A DNA stretch of 64,000 bases from an uncultured Clostridium sp. (GTDB taxonomy: Bacteria; Bacillota; Clostridia; TANB77; CAG-508): positions 46,977 to 110,976 of the forward strand of contig CAOJQV010000001.1 in assembly GCA_948441945.1 (NCBI GenBank), given 5' to 3'. Every line of letters starts with the position of its first letter. Positions within the stretch are counted from its first letter, which is position 1. Both the position numbers and the translations under genes were made by a program. Below are positions 9,752 to 19,165 of the stretch, piece by piece. The notes under the pieces are model-generated. The model did not search any database. It was not told the DNA's origin and worked only from the letters and a program-made list of their open reading frames with translations.

Positions 9752-10444
9752 ATGAATATACAATTGCCTGATAAATTTCAGCTTTGCGACAAAGGTACAT
9801 TAATTGCATGGATTGATGAAGAAGGAGGAAATAAGGTTTTAAAGATTCGGCCACAATATGATTCTAAAGGTAATCAATTTATAGATTTTCGTTCTATAAT
9901 GACCGAATTAACCTATGAATTAAAAGGTGGAAATATTTGTGGTTACTGTGGGAAAAAATTTGATCATGCTAATATTACAGTAGATCATCTATATCCATTT
10001 TCACTAGGAGGTCCTACAATTCCAGAAAATCTAATACCTTCGTGCAAAAAGTGTAATCAAGAAAAAGCCAATTTGACAGCTGAAGAGTTTTTTAGACTCA
10101 AAATGTTTCCGATTAATGAACGGGAAAATTTAAAAAAACAAATGAAAAAAGAACATGAAGAAATATTAAGAAAAGGATTGTCTATTACACCTAAAAACTT
10201 TTTTACAGAAGAAAATATTGGACATATTATTGTTCCTTTGAACATAGGTCATCCCTTTCATGCTGCAAATTTTAAATCTATAGTTAATCATTACAAGGAG
10301 TATAAACAATATAAATACCCTATTGTATTAGACAGAAAAAATTATTTACTTGATGGTTTTTATATTGTTATCCTAGCAAAAAAGAATAATGATACTCATC
10401 TTCTAACTACTAAATTAGAAAATGTTGATGTTATTCTAGATTAA
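9752..10444 (+). CDS. HNH endonuclease fused to a ParB/Srx-like C-terminal domain
   Basis: HNH core CGYCGKKF...ITVDHLYPFSLGG...NLIPSCKKCNQEK. C-terminal YPIVLDRKNYLLDGFYIVILAKK resembles a ParB-like nuclease box with HR replaced by FY. Local GC is higher than the flanks. Confidence 0.75.
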   Translation: MNIQLPDKFQLCDKGTLIAWIDEEGGNKVLKIRPQYDSKGNQFIDFRSIMTELTYELKGGNICGYCGKKFDHANITVDHLYPFSLGGPTIPENLIPSCKKCNQEKANLTAEEFFRLKMFPINERENLKKQMKKEHEEILRKGLSITPKNFFTEENIGHIIVPLNIGHPFHAANFKSIVNHYKEYKQYKYPIVLDRKNYLLDGFYIVILAKKNNDTHLLTTKLENVDVILD

Positions 10445-10465
10445 TTATTAATATTTAATATTGCA

Positions 10466-10508
10466 CCAAAAAGCCAGTCTTTACTTTAAGACTGACTTTT
10501 TGGTTTTT
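10466..10508. terminator. bidirectional rho-independent terminator between convergent genes
   Basis: Hairpin ccaaaaagccagtcttt-actt-taagactgactttttgg followed by a T run. Confidence 0.6.
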
Positions 10509-10534
10509 AGATTATGATTTGATTTTGCAAAATT

Positions 10535-11437
10535 TCAATCATCTGTTTCCTTTTCTTCTTCTTTTATAAGATTTACTGCTTCTTCAAACCGTAATCCTTT
10601 TCTAAAATTCTCGTCATTTTCCACTTTCCAAATGCGAAACTCTTGCTTGTCTAACTTAATATTAGAAGCAAAGTATGCTTGAATAACTATTGTTATTTGC
10701 CACATAGGCCAAGCATTTAATTTAATGCCCAATTTAGAATTTTTGAGCCAAACTTCTCCTTTTTTCTTATGTCTTTTAATTCTGCATTTTGCAGATAATA
10801 ATGGTGTTAGCTGTATTTCACTATCAGGGGTAGAACTTATTATTTCTTTTAAGGTTATAGAGAAATTTGATCCTACCGTTTCCAGAAATAATTTAAACTT
10901 CTTTTCGTTCTGATTATTTTCATTATCGAAGAAATTATCCTTAAGTATGAAGATTTCATTTTTGCCTTGATTAATTATACCTTCATCAAATTTTCTATGA
11001 AATTCATATTTAAGGCCATCTCCAATTTCAATAGTATATTTTACATCCCCTGTAACATAATTAATACAAACTAGTATACCATTCTTATCTCGCAATAACT
11101 CTCGATAAAAAGATGCCTGCTCTTTAACTGCTAATGTTTTCCCATAAATATCTTTTAAAATATATTCATGGAAAATGGCTTTCATATGGTCTGCTCTGTA
11201 GAAAATTTCATTTTCTTTTGTAAAATTTTCAGGACATCGTAAAACAGGATAATGTGCTTGAAAGCTTCTATCGCAATCAGCATTATCTCCTCTTTTAGGT
11301 ACCTCTTTCTCTTGTAAGTCATACATAGTATGTATGATATTTTGGTTTAGAGAAGATATTAAATCTTCTTCCTTCTGGCTTAATTCTTCTTTTTTCTTTA
11401 AGAACTCTTCTACCTGATTAAATAAACTATTTGTCAT
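10535..11437 (-). CDS. hypothetical protein (300 aa, no recognisable motif)
   Basis: Long ORF with good coding character, between the HNH and MBL genes; transcribed divergently from the MBL gene. Confidence 0.5.
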   Translation of the reverse strand: MTNSLFNQVEEFLKKKEELSQKEEDLISSLNQNIIHTMYDLQEKEVPKRGDNADCDRSFQAHYPVLRCPENFTKENEIFYRADHMKAIFHEYILKDIYGKTLAVKEQASFYRELLRDKNGILVCINYVTGDVKYTIEIGDGLKYEFHRKFDEGIINQGKNEIFILKDNFFDNENNQNEKKFKLFLETVGSNFSITLKEIISSTPDSEIQLTPLLSAKCRIKRHKKKGEVWLKNSKLGIKLNAWPMWQITIVIQAYFASNIKLDKQEFRIWKVENDENFRKGLRFEEAVNLIKEEEKETDD

Positions 11438-11579
11438 ATTGCATCCTCCCTTAATGAATTTGAAATTTACTTACTTGGTATATTGTTGAATAAAAGCCTA
11501 TACACTTCTAATGTAATTATTTTATCATATAGTAACATAATTAGCAATATTTTGACAAATTTAATTTTTATTATTTATA

Positions 11580-11608
11580 TTGATTTATGTCTATTTTTAG
11601 TATATAAT
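11580..11608 (+). promoter_or_regulatory. promoter TTGATT-17-TATAAT for the MBL gene
   Basis: Sequence ttgatttatgtctatttttagtatataat. Confidence 0.45.
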
Positions 11609-11628
11609 GTCATTGCAGACAATAATTA

Positions 11629-11650
11629 ACTTGTATGTAATTATACAAGT
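11629..11650. promoter_or_regulatory. operator-like perfect palindrome ACTTGTAT-GTAATT-ATACAAGT between the -10 and RBS of the MBL gene
   Basis: 8-bp perfect inverted repeat with a 6-bp spacer, ~20 bp downstream of the -10 box. Confidence 0.5.
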
Positions 11651-11675
11651 ATCACAAATTTGAAGGAGTGATTCT

Positions 11676-13127
11676 ATGAAGATTGGAAATGCAGATGACT
11701 TTTATGTCACTCGGTATTGTAGGCACAATAAAGTAACAGGATCAATGTATCTTTATTCTGTCCATTTTCCAAATGGTCAAAATACTCGTTTCTTTTTTGA
11801 GGCTGGTAGTAAACAAGGAGAGGATGATGCTAGTTCTTTTAATGGGTTTGTTCCTTTTAATACTCAGAAGATGAAGTTCGGAATTGTAACTCATAATCAT
11901 CTTGATCATGTAGGTCTTCTTCCTGTAGTTGTACGCCAAGGGTTTAGAGGATGTATATACACCAGTGATGTTACAGCATCTTTGTTGGATATTACTTTGT
12001 ATGACTCAGCTTCAATAGAAGACCCTCTCTTGGGTACTACTATTTGCAACATTGACGAGGTTACACGAACATTGAAACAGGTTGCTGGATGTAAACTAGA
12101 AAAAGTGATACATCCAGCAAAAGATATTACAATTGTGTTTTTTTCTAATGGGCATATTGTAGGTGCTGTACTAACATTAATTGTAATCAACTATGATGGG
12201 AGGGAACCAATAACTATTCTTCATACTGGAGACTATAAACCACAAAATATTTTCTTTAAAGTGGAAATACCTCCAAAAAAAGTAAGAGAAATGGGAATTT
12301 CCAATATTGTATGTGAGTCCACTTATGGAGACGTTGACTCTACCGATTCAAAGTTCAATAAGTGTTTGGCTCAAAATACAGCGGAAGCACTTAAAAATGG
12401 GATGACTGTTTTATATCCTACTTTTGCACAGGACCGGCACCAAAGTACACTTTTTGATATTAAAACATGGAAGGAGACTGGTATAATTCCTGAAAATACA
12501 CCTATTATTGTTGATGGTAAAAGTTCTCAGGAATATAATGCACGGTATAAATACCAAGATTTAGGTATTTATAAAGAAATGCGAAACTTTATGCCTAAGG
12601 GAGTATCTTGTGTTCTCAGATCAAAAAGCAGGACTAGTTTTAGAAACAAAATCATTAGTAATACAGAACCTCAAATAATATTAGCCCCTAGCGGTATGGG
12701 AGATTATGGACCTATAAGTAGTTACTTAAAAGAATATATATTAAGAGATGATGCTTTAATACATGCTTTAGGTTATTGTTCTCCAAAGTCTATAATGTAT
12801 AGACTCTTAAATACTCCTAGAGGTGAAAAAGTTAACTACAAAGGTGAGGAGATTACTGTTCGTTGTAAAGTTGCGACAACATCTGAGAAAACTTCCCATG
12901 CACGAAGAGACGAGTTATTAAAATTAATACGGAGTTTTCCTAACACAAAATCCATTTCTATCAATCATGGCGAGAGGTTTGTACAGTCAAAATTCAGAAC
13001 ATATCTTTTAGAAAATCTGGATTTACCTGAAAATCAAATTTTGACAGCAAATTCAGAAACTGGTGTCAGAATTGAATCAAATGGAATTACTGAATTATTT
13101 CAAACAAGTTTTGAACCTATCTTTTAA
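11676..13127 (+). CDS. metallo-beta-lactamase-fold nuclease (beta-CASP / RNase J / CPSF-like)
   Basis: HNHLDHVG (HxHxDH) motif near the N-terminus; size and downstream His/Asp positions fit an MBL + beta-CASP architecture. Higher GC than the surroundings. Confidence 0.7.
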   Translation: MKIGNADDFYVTRYCRHNKVTGSMYLYSVHFPNGQNTRFFFEAGSKQGEDDASSFNGFVPFNTQKMKFGIVTHNHLDHVGLLPVVVRQGFRGCIYTSDVTASLLDITLYDSASIEDPLLGTTICNIDEVTRTLKQVAGCKLEKVIHPAKDITIVFFSNGHIVGAVLTLIVINYDGREPITILHTGDYKPQNIFFKVEIPPKKVREMGISNIVCESTYGDVDSTDSKFNKCLAQNTAEALKNGMTVLYPTFAQDRHQSTLFDIKTWKETGIIPENTPIIVDGKSSQEYNARYKYQDLGIYKEMRNFMPKGVSCVLRSKSRTSFRNKIISNTEPQIILAPSGMGDYGPISSYLKEYILRDDALIHALGYCSPKSIMYRLLNTPRGEKVNYKGEEITVRCKVATTSEKTSHARRDELLKLIRSFPNTKSISINHGERFVQSKFRTYLLENLDLPENQILTANSETGVRIESNGITELFQTSFEPIF

Positions 13128-13142
13128 ATCACTTCTAAAGGC

Positions 13143-13170
13143 GGGATTAGATTATCCCACCTTTCTCTAT
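13143..13170 (+). terminator. terminator hairpin after the MBL gene
   Basis: Sequence ggcgggattagattatcccacc. Confidence 0.4.
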
Positions 13171-13180
13171 ATAATAATAT

Positions 13181-14143
13181 TTATTTAGTCACTATCTCAT
13201 GAAAATCCTTCAAAATCTCATCATTTACTTCATTTTTAAGACTAATAGAAATCTTAGACTCAGAAACATTAAACTCTAGAAGCTCCAGCTTTTCGCCTTC
13301 AATTATATCAAGAACATTTCTTATAAAATCAAAATTTCTAATAATACCATTACCAACAATAGAAATTCTAGAAATATCCTTTTTAATAATACTCTTAATA
13401 GTATTTTCCTCAATAATATCAGTAATAATAGTTCCAGCCTTATTATTAAAAGTAGATTTTGTAATAATAGGAATTTTAAACTTATCCCCTATCTCAGCAC
13501 ATCTATTATGAAGAACCTTTGCTCCCTCACTTGAAATCTCCATCATCTCATTATAAGAAACAGCAGTTAATTTTTTTGCACCTTCAATTTTATTAGGGTC
13601 TGCTGTATAAACACCATCAACATCTGAAAATATATAGCACTCTTTTGCTTTTAAAGCTGAAGCAATTGCAACAGCTGATGTATCTGAGCCTCCTCTTCCT
13701 AATGTTGTTATATCCAAGTTTTCATTAAATCCTTGAAATCCAGCTATAATAACAATTTTTCTATCTTCAAGTTCTTTTAAAATTCTAGTAGTATCAATAT
13801 TTTCAATGATTGCATTTTGATTTGTATTATTCGTAAGTATGCCTGCTTGCCATCCAGTTAAAGATATAGCATTATATCCCATCTCATTTAATAATATACT
13901 TAATTTTGCAATTGATATTTGCTCGCCACAGCTAAGTAACATATCCATTTCTCTATCTTTTGTGTTTTTTGAAAGTTCTAGTGCTTCTTCAATTAGTTTA
14001 TCTGTTGTTTTTCCTTGTGCTGAAAGTATTACTACTATATTATTATTTTTATTATATAAATCTATAATTTTATTTGCTACTAATTTTAATCTATCATTAT
14101 CAGCAACTGAACTTCCTCCAAATTTCATTACAATTGTATCCAT
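13181..14143 (-). CDS. lysC: aspartate kinase
   Basis: MDTIVMKFGGSSV...GRGGSDTSAVAIA, with C-terminal ACT domains; start reset to the ATG with an AAAGAGG RBS. Confidence 0.9.
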   Translation of the reverse strand: MDTIVMKFGGSSVADNDRLKLVANKIIDLYNKNNNIVVILSAQGKTTDKLIEEALELSKNTKDREMDMLLSCGEQISIAKLSILLNEMGYNAISLTGWQAGILTNNTNQNAIIENIDTTRILKELEDRKIVIIAGFQGFNENLDITTLGRGGSDTSAVAIASALKAKECYIFSDVDGVYTADPNKIEGAKKLTAVSYNEMMEISSEGAKVLHNRCAEIGDKFKIPIITKSTFNNKAGTIITDIIEENTIKSIIKKDISRISIVGNGIIRNFDFIRNVLDIIEGEKLELLEFNVSESKISISLKNEVNDEILKDFHEIVTK

Positions 14144-14223
14144 AAATTTACCTCTTTTAAATAGTATAAGAGAGCCTAGCAATATGTGGCTCTCTTATAT
14201 TATATTAATCAAATAATTTTATG

Positions 14224-15331
14224 TTAATTTATATTTTCATTTTCAAATAACTTTCCATAAATCCATCTATATCTCCATCCATTACGCCGTGCTACATTTC
14301 CAACTTCAAAATTTGTTCTATGGTCTTTTACCATTGTATATGGACAAAATACATAAGAACGTATTTGACTTCCCCATGCTATTTCTCTTTGTTCTCCTTT
14401 TAAATCTTCAATTTTGTCTTTATGTTCTTGTTCTTTTAAATCAAATAATTTTGATTTTAACATTTTCATTGCAGTCTCCCTATTTTGAATTTGTGAACGT
14501 TCTGATTGGCATGCTACAACTATATTTGTTGGTATATGTGTAATTCTAACTGCTGAAGAAGTTTTGTTAATATGTTGTCCTCCTGCACCAGAGGCTCTAT
14601 ATGTGTCTATTCTTAAATCATCTGTATTTATATTTATTTCAATATCTTCTGTTATTTCTGGTAACACCTCTACTGATGCAAATGATGTATGTCTTCTTCC
14701 TCCACTATCAAAAGGAGATATTCTAACTAAACGATGTACACCTTTCTCACTTTTCATATATCCATAAGCGTTTTGTCCTACAATTTCAAAAGTTACACTT
14801 TTTAAACCTGCTTCTTCTCCTTCAAGATAATCTAGTTCTTTGACTTCATATTCATTTTTTGTAGCCCATCTTGTATACATTCTATATAGCATTTCTGCCC
14901 AATCTTGTGACTCTGTGCCTCCTGCTCCTGGGTGTATTGTAACAATTGCATTATTTGAATCGTATTTTCCAGACAATAATGTTTCTAGTTCGAGTTTTTC
15001 GAAATCTTTTAGTTGTTTTTTGCTATTTTTTATGATGTCTCCTGCTATTTCTTCGTCATATTCTTCCTTTGTTAGTTCTGCTAATTCTAATAAGTTTTTA
15101 ATTTCATTTGCTAATTCTTTATATTTATTATATTTTCTTTTTATTTCTTTTATTTCAGATAATACTTTTGTTGTGCCTTCTGGATTATCCCAGAATTCAC
15201 TTTTGCTTGTTTCTTTTTCTAATTCTTCTAGTCTTTTTTCTAATTGTGGTATGTCAAAGAGACTCACCTAAATTCTTTAGTTTTTCTTCTAGTTCTTGTA
15301 ATTGTTTTATTGCTTCTTCTAGTTCTAACAT
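14224..15331 (-). CDS. prfB: peptide chain release factor 2, with programmed +1 frameshift
   Basis: Leader ORF MLELEEAIKQLQELEEKLKNLGESL ends at CTT TGA C, the canonical RF2 shift site. The downstream frame carries SPFDSGGRRHTSFASV and GGQHINKT. True start codon at 15329-15331. Confidence 0.9.
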
Positions 15332-15398
15332 GTTTATCACTCTCCTATATTTAGAATAGGGAGGAATAAATCCTCCCAAATCTGCCCATTTTTTTTTA

Positions 15399-15755
15399 TT
15401 AATACATAATTTTTAAATTTATTGCCCGGAACTGGCAAATTTTAATATAGATTTCCTGCACTGTTTCGCTGAAGTAGAATTCGTCGATTCCAGTTCTTTC
15501 TTGTTTTATAACTACTTTACTTCTGTTTTTGCCCTCTTCATGTAAGAGCGCAAAAATTGCAAAGCATAACACCTCTGCAGGAAGCACATCGTAATTTGGT
15601 ACATAATACACATGATGCTTTGATTTGATGATAGGTTTGAAAAACAGTACTGTGTAAGAAAAATCTTTAGAAATGTAAGCATATCCTTTTTGATATTCTC
15701 CTAATTCTTTTAGTTGCTTTTTATCAAGTTCTAATAATACACCTTCTTTTTTCAT
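15399..15755 (-). CDS. hypothetical protein
   Basis: Start at MKKEGVLLEL with an AAGGAGG RBS. Confidence 0.45.
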   Translation of the reverse strand: MKKEGVLLELDKKQLKELGEYQKGYAYISKDFSYTVLFFKPIIKSKHHVYYVPNYDVLPAEVLCFAIFALLHEEGKNRSKVVIKQERTGIDEFYFSETVQEIYIKICQFRAINLKIMY

Positions 15756-15860
15756 ATTATGAACCTCCTTGTTGTTTTTGGGCAGATATATTAATACATT
15801 TATTTTAACATATTTATCGTTTAAAAGCAATAAAAAAACAGCAGTTTAGACTGCCATTTT

Positions 15861-16757
15861 TTATTTTTCATAAAAATCCAAAACATCATCATAAACTTTT
15901 TGGTTATCTTTTTCTGCTAATATTTCATGTCTCATATTAGGGTAATCAATGTTTTCAATTTTATCAAAACCTGCATCTATTAATACTTTATATGAGTCCT
16001 CTGCTCCTTTATTTCCACCAACACAAGGGTCATCTAATCCTCTTAGCAATAATAATTTTATTTCTTTATTTATGTTCTTATATAATTGTGGTTTATGCAT
16101 CATTATATTAAGATGGAATAAATCATTAAATGCTGAACATGTAAATCCAATTCCACAATATGGGTCTTCTATATATGCTTTTATTGTTTCTTCATTATGG
16201 CAAATCCAATCACATTTTGTTTTTGGATTTTCAATACCTTTATTAAATTGTCCTATACTTAATGAAGATACTAATTTAGACTTATATTTTGGGCCACGGA
16301 ACATTTTAATAATATTTGTAATAAATATTCCAAAATGTGCACCGCTTTGATAGTTTGGATATCCAGATAGTACAATTTTTTGATATTCTTGGGAATTTTC
16401 TTGAAGTAGTACACGAGTTATAATAGTTCCCATAGAATGTGCAAATATATAAATTGGAGTGTTTTTGAAATGTTCTTTTATATATTTTGTGATTATTTTT
16501 TGGTCTTCAATTAGTTCCATATATCCATTTTTTTCTTTAAAATATCCTAAATCTTTTGCATTACTTCCATGTCCTCTCATATTTGAGCTAACTACTGAAA
16601 ATCCTTTTGCATTTAAGAATTGTATAAATTTTTCATATCGTTCTTGGTGTTCTTCCATTCCATGTATAACTTGTATAACTGCTTTTTCATTTTCTACTTT
16701 AAATATATGAATATCTAATTTATATCCATCTCTTGCGTTAATAAATACTTGTTCCAA
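15861..16757 (-). CDS. alpha/beta hydrolase (lysophospholipase/monoacylglycerol lipase-like)
   Basis: HG oxyanion motif (VIHGMEEH), nucleophile elbow AHSMG, C-terminal Asp/His. Confidence 0.8.
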   Translation of the reverse strand: MEQVFINARDGYKLDIHIFKVENEKAVIQVIHGMEEHQERYEKFIQFLNAKGFSVVSSNMRGHGSNAKDLGYFKEKNGYMELIEDQKIITKYIKEHFKNTPIYIFAHSMGTIITRVLLQENSQEYQKIVLSGYPNYQSGAHFGIFITNIIKMFRGPKYKSKLVSSLSIGQFNKGIENPKTKCDWICHNEETIKAYIEDPYCGIGFTCSAFNDLFHLNIMMHKPQLYKNINKEIKLLLLRGLDDPCVGGNKGAEDSYKVLIDAGFDKIENIDYPNMRHEILAEKDNQKVYDDVLDFYEK

Positions 16758-16933
16758 CTTCTTCCTCCTTGTACTAAATTAAGTTTAAATCTTCTAACAT
16801 TTGTTTATGGTCATAAGATAAAGTCATTTCTTTAACTTCTTCTCCACATTCTATTGCACCTGCTATTAAACCCAAATATCCATTATTTGTTACCATATAA
16901 ATTCTTCCTTTTTTACTTAACAAATAATATTAC

Positions 16934-17569
16934 TCATTTTATAAAATTTGTAAAATTGATTTTTTCTTGCTCTGGAAGTTTAATTCCTTTTTCTTTTCCA
17001 GCTTCGATACATTTTAAATAATAAGCCATATTTCTTCCTAATATTCTCATTATTTGCATACCTTCTTCATCTTTCCTTACATCTTCTGGCGTTGCTCCAT
17101 GCACCATATTCCAGTATCTTGATGAAATTATTGGCATTTGTGTAATTCCAAAATATTTATTTAATTGATCATAAGTTGCTGTTGTTCCAGCTCTTCTTGC
17201 TGAAATTACAGTTGCTGCAGGTTTGAATAAGAAAATATCTCCTTTTCCTGATTGAAATGGTGCATAAAATGCTCTATCCATAAATCCTGTTATATTTCCT
17301 GTTGCTCCTGCATAATGTACTGGACTTCCAAATATAAATCCATCTGCATTTTCTGCTTTTTCTAAAAATTCATTTACAACGTCATTGAAAACACATCTGC
17401 CAAGTTCTTCACATTTTTTGCATGCAATACATCCACCTACTGGTTTAAGTCCAAGCCAAAAGATTTCTGTTTGAATTCCTTCTTCATTTAAAGTTTTTGC
17501 TACCTCTGTTAAAGCTGTATAAGTACAACCTTCTTTATGAGGTCCTCCATTTACTAATAATACTTTCAT
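16934..17569 (-). CDS. iron-sulfur flavoprotein (NADPH-dependent FMN reductase fold, Isf-like)
   Basis: Flavodoxin-like N-terminus LLVNGGPHKEG plus Cys cluster GGCIACKKCEELGRC. Confidence 0.7.
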   Translation of the reverse strand: MKVLLVNGGPHKEGCTYTALTEVAKTLNEEGIQTEIFWLGLKPVGGCIACKKCEELGRCVFNDVVNEFLEKAENADGFIFGSPVHYAGATGNITGFMDRAFYAPFQSGKGDIFLFKPAATVISARRAGTTATYDQLNKYFGITQMPIISSRYWNMVHGATPEDVRKDEEGMQIMRILGRNMAYYLKCIEAGKEKGIKLPEQEKINFTNFIK

Positions 17570-17929
17570 AATTTTCTCCTTGTCAAAATTTTTATATTGT
17601 ATAAGTTACCTCCTTAAATTCATTTTATGCTGTATTTTCTTTTTCTTTCCCTCATATTAAAGTTTGTTATATTTTTCATCTGTAATTTTCCAGTATTACT
17701 TTCTAAAATTTAATCTATGTTATTATAAGTTATTCTAGCAAATTTTTTTTACTTTGTAAATAGCATTTTTAATCCCTTACTAATAACTCTTATGAAGTAC
17801 TATTATATTTTTATTGAATTTTATGTGAAATTGTAATATACTTAAGAATATAATAATTATTTTAACTTCTATTATGTAATATATTTGAAGTTAATGCACA
17901 TTGAAAATCAAATAACAAGGAGGTAAAAA

Positions 17930-18478
17930 ATGGCTAGAAGAAGAATTGAAGGGTACTGGACATGTAGTTATTGTGGTACAAAAGGTATTGGAGGTCTTAC
18001 AAAAACATGTCCTAATTGTGGGCATCCACAATCAAAAGGACTAAAGTTTGAGTTAGACAGTGGTTCAAAAAAATATTTAGAACCAGAAATTGCTGAAAAC
18101 TATGGCAAAGGAGCCGATTGGGTGTGTTCTTATTGCGGAAGCTATAACAGATACAATGATGAAAGTTGTAAAAACTGTGGAGCTGAAAAAGTTGAAGCAG
18201 AAGGTGATTATTTTGGAAATTCCATAACTGAACAGTCATCATCTCCTTGTAACAAGGAAGAATCCGGTGATGATTTTTATCAGCATAATAATGATATAGT
18301 GCAAAATACTAACTATAACAATTATGATGTTGATAAAAGCTCCTCTAATACCAAACTTAGCTTTATGAGAAATATCAGTTTAAAAGCTGTATTGGGTATA
18401 TTGGGAGGAACTACTGCTATTATTGCAATAATAATGCTCTTAATCTCTATTTTTACACCAAAGATGTATGACGCGTAG
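17930..18478 (+). pseudogene. double zinc-ribbon membrane protein, apparently frameshifted (continues in another frame to 19062)
   Basis: N-terminus has two CxxC...CxxC ribbons; TM helix sits at the C-terminal end. A start-less open frame (frame 1) runs from 18472 to the TAA at 19060-19062 with clear coding character. Confidence 0.5.
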
Positions 18479-19062
18479 AACTCAGTAATAAATCGTGGGA
18501 TAGAATTATCACTATTCAAGAATTAAGAACATTTGATGAAAATGACTGGGATGTTCCAGCTGGCGGATGGGTTTATGATGAAAGGCAGGAAATCAGAGAC
18601 TATGACCATGTAATTGATCATTATGATATTGAAGAACATCAAGTTCCTAGGAAAGAGATAGATCATTATGATTATAAATACTATGATAATGGTGATGGTA
18701 CTTTTGATGAAGAAGAAATTCCAGTTTACACTACTGTATATGATATTGAATATGAAGAAGTGCCAGTATATGTTGATGTTCCTATTTATGATACCAAATA
18801 TTATTATAAAATCGATAAATGGTGTTATAATAGGACTGAAAGCTCTTCTGGAGAGACTGATGATCCATATTGGCCAGAATTTAATTTAAGCGCTAAAGAA
18901 AGAGAATCTGGCAGAAATGAAACATATACAATTTATTTTGAAACTAAGGAAAAAAAGACATATTCTAAAAATGTTTCTTATGATGAGTGGAAAGAGTTCA
19001 ATTTAGGAGAAAAGTATCATATAACTGTTGTAGCTGGAATTGTCACAGAGATTGAACCTTAA
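18472..19062 (+). pseudogene. extracellular domain segment of the zinc-ribbon protein (other reading frame, no start codon)
   Basis: 196 codons with no stop (...WDRIITIQELRTFDENDWDVPAGGWVYDERQEIRDYDHVIDHYD...ITVVAGIVTEIEP*). The only in-frame start is a GTG at 18760. Confidence 0.45.
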
Positions 19063-19165
19063 TATTATTAATTACCAATGTGAAAATGGCTTTTGAGATT
19101 ATTCTCAAGAGCCATTTCTATTTTATATATTTTTACTTATCTAATTTTTATAAGTATTGCTATTA

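Noticed and set aside
14183-14223. Lysine riboswitch (L-box) upstream of lysC
   Set aside because: Only ~40 nt separate lysC from prfB, which is too short. No L-box motifs.
15108-15359. Plus-strand 83-aa ORF
   Set aside because: It overlaps the prfB leader and frameshift region on the opposite strand and is explained by the prfB +1 frameshift architecture.
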